Positions 51,174 through 58,911 of a stretch of DNA of 64,000 bases are shown piece by piece (within the stretch, counting starts at the first letter, position 1; each line of letters opens with the position of its first letter). Under the pieces are notes generated by a model that was given only the letters and a program-made list of their open reading frames with translations, did no database searches and had not been told where the DNA came from. The stretch comes from Eledone cirrhosa (lineage: Eukaryota), in assembly GCA_964016885.1 (NCBI GenBank), contig OZ024744.1, forward strand, positions 135,904,001-135,968,000. Direction: 5' to 3'. The position numbers were made by a program, and so were the translations under genes.

Positions 51174-51859
51174 CTAGCTGAGGTACCCGGCTTCGCCTGG
51201 GAGAATAGTTAAGAGATGGATAAAAGAGAAAACGACTGTAGTGGGTGTGTTGTCTGGTATGAGGTGAGACCGTAATGTGTGGGTGTGTGTATGAGAGAGA
51301 TATAAAAACAATCATAAAACTTCCTTATTAGTCTGGGGGAGTAAACTGCTGATTAAATGGTAGCATTGGCTTTGGATTTAAAATGTGAAATAACCGCAGT
51401 CAGTATGATCTTTTTCAGTTCCAAAGGACCTCATCTGAAACACAGCAATATACCACATAACATTGCTTCTGAAGTGTTGCTTCGTTAGTATGGACTGTAA
51501 GTAGTATCTGGATAAAAGCTGGAGGGTAGATTAATTTCAAATAGTATCAGTTTTTCTTTGTTCTGTAAAATCAAAGACTTTATAAAAACTAACGTAATAT
51601 TGTTAAACTTTCCTATAGATCAAAGGGTCTATAGTTTAAGCCATTTCTAAACTTTTGTGGGACGTTACTCTATCTGAATATCTAACACTTTAATTGTATC
51701 TCTCTCTGTATAACAGCCTATCTCTCTCTTTCTGCCGCTCCCTCTCAGTCTCTCTCTCTTTAGATGTGTGTGTATGTATTTCTGTGTGTGTGTATGTGTA
51801 TGTAGTTTTCGTGTGATCCAACCAACCAATAAACATCTCTCTTTTATATTACATATAGA
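51174..51859 (-). mobile_element. Non-autonomous Helitron
   Basis: On the minus strand it starts A|TCTATATG and ends in hairpin CCCAGGCGAAGCCGGG then TACCTCAGCTAG|T. This gives 5' TC, 3' CTAG and an A|T target. Internal microsatellites are present. Confidence 0.75.
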
Positions 51860-52068
51860 TTTCCAGTTGGTTGGTTTAATAACTGGATGGTTGTTTATTT
51901 GTTGTCAAAGCTCTTTTGTCACACATTCTGTGACCTCTTCAGTGCCTAATTTATTTTATGTCTCTCTTTTGTTCTGTCCTATACCATCTGGTTTTTGTGA
52001 GCTCACCCACCTATCACTCTAACCTTCTCACACTACTCTTATGTCTATCTGTTCTCTTCTTATCTGAA

Positions 52069-52106
52069 CTTTCCTGAAGAAGGACTTCTGTCCGAAACAT
52101 AGAAAA
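52069..52106 (+). ncRNA. Minimal type-I hammerhead ribozyme-like motif (Penelope-like element remnant, probably mutated)
   Basis: TTTC-CTGAAGA-A-GGAC-TTCT-GTCC-GAAACATA-GAAA: CUGANGA and GAAA cores, 4-bp stem II, stem I TTTC/GAAA. Stem III reads ACAT rather than palindromic ACGT. Confidence 0.55.
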
Positions 52107-52171
52107 CTCTTCCACTTCCTCCAAGCGTGAACCTGTGTAAAATTACCTCCTGTGTTTTGTTTGTTACATTA

Positions 52172-52712
52172 TTCATCATCATCACCGTTTTACGTCCATT
52201 CTTCCACGTTAGCATGAGTTAGACGGGTTGTCCTGTTGTGGCAGTGTCCGGTCGGCTGACCTTGTCTTGCTTGATTTCTACAGCTGGATGCCCTTCCTAA
52301 CACCAACCTCATTTACAGTGAGTGCTGGGTGCTTTTTTGCCGTGGGACCTCCACAACCACTTTGCAGTGGGAGGGGTGGGGGAATATTGTCTATATGCTT
52401 CAGCTTCGGCTTGTACCCGTGGAGGGGTCGGGTCTTCTGTATTACTGTGTGACGCCAGAGGTCACAGTCCTGTGTCATTGCCTTTGAGAGGTGTAATTGG
52501 GTAAGGTCGGCTTTTATCACCTCATCCCAGGTCATCTTGGGTCTCCCCACTCCGCGGTTTCCATCGACTTCCAGTGCTCTGCACCTTTTTATGCAGCTGT
52601 CATCCTTCATACGCATCACATGTCCATACCAACGCAACCGCCTCTCCTGCACACAGCACTTGATTCCTCTTATGCTTAGTCTCTCTCTCAATTTGTTTAT
52701 GCTTTGATTATA
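52172..52712 (-). mobile_element. 5'-truncated RTE LINE 3' fragment (ORF C-terminus, 3' UTR, (GAT)n tail)
   Basis: ORF 52,278-52,691 contains LRERLSIRGIKCCVQERRLRWYGHVMRM...GNRGVGRPKMTWDEVIKADL...DCDLWR, the typical RTE C-terminal RLRWxGHVxRM / RGRPxxxW motifs. Confidence 0.9.
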
Positions 52713-52923
52713 TCATCATCATCATCCCCATATAACATCCATTTTCCCATGCTGGCATGAGTTAGATGAGTTATCCTGTAAATGAACTGACTTCAGACCC
52801 CTACCTCTCAACCTTCACCCCCACCCACCCAGGAGCCACTAACATTTGGACATAACACACACACAAGTTTACCACTGTTTCTATGGTGACAGCAGTTGTG
52901 GATATATTGATACCAGTTCCTAC

Positions 52924-53044
52924 CTGTAGACTCCGAAGATTGGAACCAATCAGACTGATGATCAAAACCAAACCAGTATTTTCTTCAGGTGTCGACTTCA
53001 ACACATTTAATTGGCCAAATATCATTGGAAGTTCTTTCTTTATT
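52924..53044 (-). CDS. PIK3R4: PIK3R4/Vps15 coding exon, 121 bp, phase 2/0
   Basis: Translates (K)IKKELPMIFGQLNVLKSTPEENTGLVLIISLIGSNLRSLQ, matching Vps15 IRKDL...ENGLVILVSVITSCLQTLK as recalled. Acceptor TATTTTCAG, donor GTAGG, phases fit both neighbouring exons. Confidence 0.9.
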
Positions 53045-53049
53045 CTGAA

Positions 53050-54175
53050 AATAATAATAATAATGGTTTTTGATTTAGGCACAAATCCAACAATTTTGGG
53101 GGAGAGGAAAGTCGATTAAATTGACTCCAGTACATTACTGGTACTTTATTTTATCAACCCTGAAAGAATGCCGGACGTGATTGGTGGAAACGTGCTCTTA
53201 TTTGCAGATGATGTGAAAATGGTAGCTCGTAGGAGCTAGATCGACAATCTCAAGTCCAGCCTCCAGTGCACCTGGAGTTGATCCATTGACTGGGATTTAT
53301 ACCTCAATGTTGATAAGTGTTGCCATATGGCAGTGGGTACACCTTATAACTCAGCTCTTACCTTCAACGGTGGCACTGCTCCTTTGAAGGAGGTTGAGGA
53401 GACTAAAGATCTTGGTCTGTTGGTCAACTCATCCTTCAAACCATCAAAACATTCCATTCAAGCCGCAAACAAGGCAAGGAGCTCTCTATTTCTTATTCGA
53501 TGCTCCTTTGCCAAACCCACTCCAGAAATTTTCAGGCCTCTCTATGTCGCCCTCGTGAGACCGCACCTAGAATATGGCATCCAAGCATCAAACCCATATC
53601 TCATCCGGGATATCCATCACTTGGAGAGTTCAATGACTCGAATGGTACAGGGTCTTCATGAGCTGCCCTACGAAAGCCGGCTGCAGAAGCTGAACCTCTT
53701 CTCCTTGGAGCGTCGACGGCTACGAGGCAATCTCATTTTGGCTTACAATCTCTTCAATGGCCATTACGATCTCCCTCAAGATCTCCTATTCACTCCGGCA
53801 TGTGAAAGGGGTCTACGTGGACATGACAAAAAGCTGTTTCACCGCCGCTTTCGCCTGAATAGATGGAAAGCTGCTTTCTCGATCCGCATCTCTGGACTCT
53901 GGAATCGGCTTCCAGAAGAAGAAGCCAACGTGTCAACCACGCAACAATTCAAGGCGAAATTGGACCTGTGTTGGATCACTGTGTTTCCGACTGTGTAAAT
54001 TTTGCCCCTCTCCCCTCCTTACATGGCATCTGAAGCATCTATGTTTTATTATCTGCCAAATATATTGAATTGAATGAAATTTTAAACTCAAAGGGATTTG
54101 AACTCAGAACGTAAAGGGCCATAACTCTATACTGCAAAGAATGATGTCCTACACTCTAACAATACTGCCAATTCA
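53050..54175 (-). mobile_element. Family A SINE split in two (53,050-53,170 and 54,072-54,175) by a CR1 insertion
   Basis: The left piece carries the tail and CTGGTACTTTATTTTATCAACCC. The right piece carries GGGATTTGAACTCAG (B box complement). Joined, they are collinear with the intact copy at 54,190-54,378. Confidence 0.75.
53171..54075 (+). mobile_element. 5'-truncated CR1-clade LINE, reverse transcriptase C-terminus (stops present)
   Basis: PDVIGGNVLLFADDVKM... has two stops, then ORF 53,327-53,998 with KDLG, LYVALVRPHLEY, YESRLQKLNLFSLERRRLRG, LRGH, WNRLP. Short 3' UTR ends in ATTGA repeats. Confidence 0.92.
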
Positions 54176-54189
54176 TAATAATAATAATA

Positions 54190-54378
54190 ATAATTGTTTC
54201 TACTTTTGGCACAAGGCCAGCAATTATCCCAGTACATTACTGGTACTTTATTTTATCGACCCCGTAAGGATGAAAGGCAAAGTTAACCTCGGTGGGATTT
54301 GAACTCAGATCGTAAAGGGACGTAACTATGCTGGAAAGCATGTCCGACCCTCTACCGATGCTGCCAATTCACCGCCTT
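54190..54378 (-). mobile_element. tRNA-derived SINE (family A), intact copy
   Basis: Reverse complement of the 49,574-49,767 element, flanked by TAA repeats. Confidence 0.8.
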
Positions 54379-54587
54379 AACAATAATAATAATGTTTCTG
54401 GTTTAGGCATAAAGTCTGGGGAAGGGAAAGTCTATCAAATCAACCCTAGGCCTCAGTACAGCAGAGAGGAAGTTTTGACCCCAGTACTTGAACAATTTTG
54501 ATGCTGGCATGGGTTGGATAGATCATCAAATTCTGAGGCTAGACTAGTCAGGTGATTACATCTTGTTCTTATGCTTCACATTTGGTT

Positions 54588-55210
54588 AGGTTTCTACAGC
54601 TGGGTACCCTTCCTAACACCAACCACTTTACAGAGTGTACTGGGCATATGGTCTCTATAGCTGGGTGTCCTTCCTAACACCACTTCCTAACCACATTACA
54701 GAGTGTACTGGGCGTATGGTCTCTATAGCTGGGTACCCTTCCTAACACCAACCACTTTACAGAGTGTACTGGGCATATGGTCTCTATAGCTGGGTGTCCT
54801 TCCTAACACCACTTCCTAACCACATTACAGAGTGTACTGGGCGTATGGTCTCTATAGCTGGATGTCCTTCCTAACACCACTTCCTAACCACATTACAGAG
54901 TGTACTGGGCGTATGGTCTCTATAGCTGGGTACCCTTCCTAACACCAACCACTTTACAGTGTACTGGGCGTATGGTCTCTATAGCTGGATGTCCTTCCTA
55001 ACACCACTTCCTAACCACATTACAGAGTGTACTGGGCGTATGGTCTCTATAGCTGGGTACCCTTCCTAACACCAACCACTTTACAGAGTGTACTGGGCGT
55101 ATGGTTTCTATAGCTGGATGTCCTTCCTAACACCAACCACATTACAGAGTGTACCGGGCGTATGGTTTCTACAGCTATATGTCCTTCCTAACCACATTAC
55201 AGAGTGGACC
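54588..55210 (-). repeat. Minisatellite, 59-68-bp unit x ~10, derived from the RTE/SINE 3' UTR
   Basis: Unit GTTTCTACAGCTGG..CCTTCCTAACACCAACCACTTTACAGAGTGTACTGGGC.TATG with successive periods 61, 68, 61, 68, 68, 59, 68, 61, 61. The same motif is single-copy at about 50,618, 52,274, 56,590 (inverted) and 57,781. Confidence 0.92.
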
Positions 55211-55446
55211 AAATGTGTTTTATTGTTGCACTAACACTTAGTAATGAAATAATTAATAATTTTAGTAAATCCTTCCAAATTAATTAATTGATTGAAATAC
55301 AGAAAATATGTAAATAAAAATATGGTTAAAAAGAAAAAAAAACACAGTTAAACAAATAAGTGCCCATTTTTTCTTGAATGAGAATAAAAGAGAGCCATAT
55401 CTTTGTTTGAGAGAAGGGAAAGAGATGAATCTGAGTTAGAACTTAC

Positions 55447-55619
55447 TTTACAATCCGTTCATCTGGAGAGAGAATTGGTGCTACTGCAAAACGTTGGATG
55501 TAAAGTTTGAGATAAGTATAGAAATAGTTAGGAAAAGCTTTGCCCCGCTGTTGGATGAGATATTCTTCAGCTGAAAGACGATGGGTTGGTTCTTTCTGCA
55601 TCATATGACGCACCAGTTC
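55447..55619 (-). CDS. PIK3R4: PIK3R4/Vps15 coding exon (end of kinase-like domain and linker), 173 bp, phase 0/2
   Basis: Translates ELVRHMMQKEPTHRLSAEEYLIQQRGKAFPNYFYTYLKLYIQRFAVAPILSPDERIV(K), matching Vps15 [43 protein letters not shown] as recalled. Acceptor TTTTTTTTTAG, donor GTAAGT. Confidence 0.95.
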
Positions 55620-55844
55620 CTAAAAAAAAACATTACACATTATATATCTGTTTAATGTCTGTTTCCCTGCTAACTTCATAAATATATATATATATATCAT
55701 CATCATCCTTTCCATTTAGTGTCAATTCTTGCACGCTTGACAGGTCATCCATGCCGGGAGGTAAGTCTGGCCATGGTCAGCCATGTCACACCTTGCTCCA
55801 GTGATGGGGGGGTTAACGTGCTCTGATGTTGGGTTTGAATAGTT

Positions 55845-57087
55845 TTTAGGATTCCCCAGTTCAGCAGCCAGTACGTTAAAAAAAATTGATAGTTACAACA
55901 ATAAAGGCTGAACAGAGAACACATTTTTTAACAAATTTTACAATAATTTGTACAACCATAGAATTCCAAGTAACAGAAAATACATAAATTACATTGTTAG
56001 AGCCTCGGAGTATACAATATGTTTTGTTCGGCCCTCGGGAGCAAAGATGAAGAGATTGTTTGGCGAGCTCACCCTAAAGCATCCTACATACAATTGACCA
56101 TGGTTTTCCCAGATGAAGGCCAACCACTTTTAGGGTTTGACCCTGAGCTTTGTTGATGAAGCTTAGTCTCTCTCTTGCTCTAGCAACATTTTTTCTTCTG
56201 GAAAATCTGATCTTGCGGCCAGGCTAGGACTTTTTGGGTGCCATATCGGCAGTAACAATGACGATAAGCCATCTGTGCTTTCGTGAAATAAATACGTTTC
56301 TTTATATTTTGTTTTTGTGTATGCAAAAATATCTGTACACGAATATATAATTATAATTATATATGGAGGCACATGGCTTAGTGGTTAGAGCATTGGCCTT
56401 TCAATCAAAAGGTTGTGAGTTCAATTCTCAGACCGGGTGATGCGTTGTTTCCTTGAGCAAGACACTTTATTTCATGTTGCTCCAGTTTACTCAGCTGTAG
56501 AAATGAGATTATAGGGACTGGGATCGCTATCATTCCACTGTAAAGTGGTCGTGGAGGTGCCACAGCAAACAAGCACCCAGCACTCACTGTAAATGAGGTT
56601 GGTGTTAGGAAGGGCATCCAGCTGTAGAAATCAAGCCAGAATCAGTTCCCGTCCCACCCTTGCAAGCAGGGAAATGTGGACGTAAAATGAAATGATGATG
56701 AAATGATATATATATTAAAATAACAGACTAAAGTTTAAGCAAAGAATCGCTGCTTTCACCCTTAACGGGATCTTCTGAAACTATAAAAAAATCAACCTGT
56801 TAACGCAGAAGTAAATATTTTGAAAAACGTTGCAACCGAAAGAAAGCAGGAAGATGTTAGGAATGTCGTATAACCGGAAGTGTTGACATTTGAAAAATTG
56901 AAAGAAGTGAATATTTAAATAAACGATAAAATATCTTGAATCTTTTAACAAAATTCAGTAGACAAAAATACCCTCAATTTCTTACTTGGAAAAAGTTACA
57001 TCTATGGTGCAAATTTGGTGCCGTTTGGTCCAGCCGTTTGGCGGAAAGTTTGTTACCTACATACGGCCGTCAGCTTTATAGTATAGA
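55845..57087 (-). mobile_element. Internally deleted Helitron retaining a PIF1-like helicase C-terminus (55,989-56,160), interrupted by a SINE
   Basis: Minus strand reads INKAQGQTLKVVGLHLGK, then after a frameshift HGQLYVGCFRVSSPNNLFIFAPEGRTKHIVYSEALTM* (helicase motifs V/VI). 5' A|TC at 57,087. The 3' end is degraded and approximate. Confidence 0.75.
56365..56706 (+). mobile_element. tRNA-derived CORE-like SINE (family B) with RTE-derived 3' half
   Basis: A box TGGCTTAGTGG, B box GAGTTCAATTC, CORE-like TCCTTGAGCAAGACACTTTATTTCA. The 3' half matches the RTE 3' UTR at 50,596-50,760. Tail GGACGTAAAATGAAATGATGATG. Confidence 0.85.
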
Positions 57088-57089
57088 TA

Positions 57090-57658
57090 CTATCAGAATG
57101 GCCCGGCGTTGCTTGGGATTTGCTCTAGGGTTCTTATATATTTGATATCTATTTATCCTTATCGAGCCTTGTGAAATAAATATGTTTGTTTATATTTTGT
57201 TGTAGTGTATGCAAAAATATCTGTACACGAATATATAATTATATATATATATATTAAAATAACAGATTAAAGTTTAAGCAAAGAATCGCTGCTTTCACCC
57301 TTAATGGGATCTTCTGAAACTAAAAAAATATATCTGAACGCTGAAGTAAATATTTCGAAAAACGTTACACACTATATATACATATAGACACACATAGCGT
57401 CATAATGTCATAATGCAGATATTATAAGGCCGCAACGTTATTTGTATGTATTTATCTAAAGAGAAAGACTAAGAATTATAGAGAGAGATCGCTAAATCGC
57501 CTAATGCGGTCCCTAGGGCATTGAAAATTTGAAATATTTTTTGCTCAAAACACTCACAGGACCATAAGTATTACATGTGTAAAGTTTGAAAACAATCGGT
57601 TGGGTGGTTCTAGAGTTTTAGGGAGTCAGGCAGACAGACAGACCTTCTCTGTTGTAGA
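57090..57658 (-). mobile_element. Non-autonomous Helitron, head-to-tail with the previous one
   Basis: 3' hairpin CCCAAGCAACGCCGGG then CCATTCTGATAG|T; 5' A|TCTAC. Internal 57,171-57,365 matches 56,283-56,360 plus 56,707-56,830. Confidence 0.65.
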
Positions 57659-58101
57659 TCATCATCATCATCATCATCATCGTTTAACGTCTATCTTCCA
57701 CACTAGCATGGGTTTAGACGGGAATTGTCCCACATGAGGCAAGATTGGTTGTCTTACTTGTATAAGACTATCTGGCAGGTTTTCTACGGCTGGATGCCCT
57801 TCCTAACACCAACCACGTTTACAGTGTGGACTGGGAGGTTTTTTACAGTGTTACCTACACCACGACATTACAGCGTGGACTATTTTTTGTCATGACACCT
57901 ACACGACCTCATTTATTTAGGACTGGATGTTGTGGTACCAACATAACTTTACAGAGAAAGGGGTGGTGTTGATGGGGGGGGGGGGCAGTCGGGTAGTGGG
58001 AGGGGGGTATATTTGATTAAGAGGTGCCTACTGACTGTAGGTTTCGCTTTGTACTTAGGCAAGGCGGGTTTTCTGTATTACTGCATAGCGCCAAAGATCT
58101 C
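57659..58101 (-). mobile_element. RTE LINE 3' fragment, diverged subfamily
   Basis: (CAT)n tail, CGTTTAACGTC..TTCCACACTAGCATGGGTT and TTTCTACGGCTGGATGCCCTTCCTAAC motifs. The 5' end reads DLWRYAVIQKTRL. Confidence 0.75.
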
Positions 58102-58187
58102 AATATATATAATTGGTGTTGGATGCTTAAAGCGTCCGTATGTGGTAGGCCGTATGAGCACTCGATACTCTCATAGAGCAGAGTATG

Positions 58188-58508
58188 ATATCACAGCAAA
58201 AAAGAGAATCAGTGTTGCGACGAATGGAATTTATTGGAGATATTACAATCGTTTCTCTGGCAACCAGCTCGAGGCACGATCGATGTGATGATCGAACCTG
58301 ACTCTGAAAATAGGATGGTCCTCAGATACGTCTTGATTCTAGGAAAATCTGCTTCGGAATCAAGACGTATCTGAGGACCTTGCAATTTTCAGAGTCTGGT
58401 TCGATCATCACATCGATCGTTTCTCGAGCTGGTCGCCAGAGAAACGATTGTAATATGTCCAATAAATTCCATTCATCGCAACACTGATTCTCTTTTTTGC
58501 TGTGATAT
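58188..58508. repeat. ~320-bp near-perfect palindrome (foldback/MITE-like or inverted Penelope terminus)
   Basis: ATATCACAGCAAAAAAGAGAATCAGTGTTGCGA... pairs with ...TCGCAACACTGATTCTCTTTTTTGCTGTGATAT. Pairing continues inward to GGTCCTCAGATACGTCTTGATTC / GAATCAAGACGTATCTGAGGACC around a ~17-nt loop. Confidence 0.92.
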
Positions 58509-58726
58509 ATATATATATATAGATTCATCATACATTTAAGCTGCTTAGCACATAGCTTTATATATTTACTTGTTTATAAATCAAACACTTTACCATGAAA
58601 ATATGACATGTAAACACAGCAACTTATTTACTGGACTACAAAACCTCAGTTTAATATATATGGTACATTGCTGTATGTAAAATTGAGAAGTAACTTATAC
58701 AGAATTGAAAAGAGGATTCTGTTTAC

Positions 58727-58853
58727 CCGAATACTTGAATCTTCAATTTTCTCCAAGACTTTCCATGGGCTGTATTCACCATTCCGATATGCCAACAGTT
58801 GTGAAAGATCAAAGGGCACAGTTCCTTCTGTAAACAGTTCAGCTATCACACAT
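58727..58853 (-). CDS. PIK3R4: PIK3R4/Vps15 coding exon (kinase-like domain C-lobe), 127 bp, phase 2/0
   Basis: Translates (G)[42 protein letters not shown], matching Vps15 [26 protein letters not shown]...VLNKIEDHSIR as recalled. Acceptor GATTTAG, donor GTAAAC. Confidence 0.95.
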
Positions 58854-58873
58854 CTAAATCACCAAAATAACAG

Positions 58874-58876
<3 letters not shown>

Positions 58877-58911
<35 letters not shown>

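Noticed and set aside
56365-56440. tRNA gene
   Set aside because: A and B boxes are present, but the sequence continues into a CORE-like body and LINE tail, so it is a SINE head.
58668-58910. N-terminal ~80 aa of the 760-aa ORF, including poly-Asn
   Set aside because: This is chance read-through of the antisense Vps15 exon and the (TAA)n tract. Retrotransposon homology starts near 58,911.
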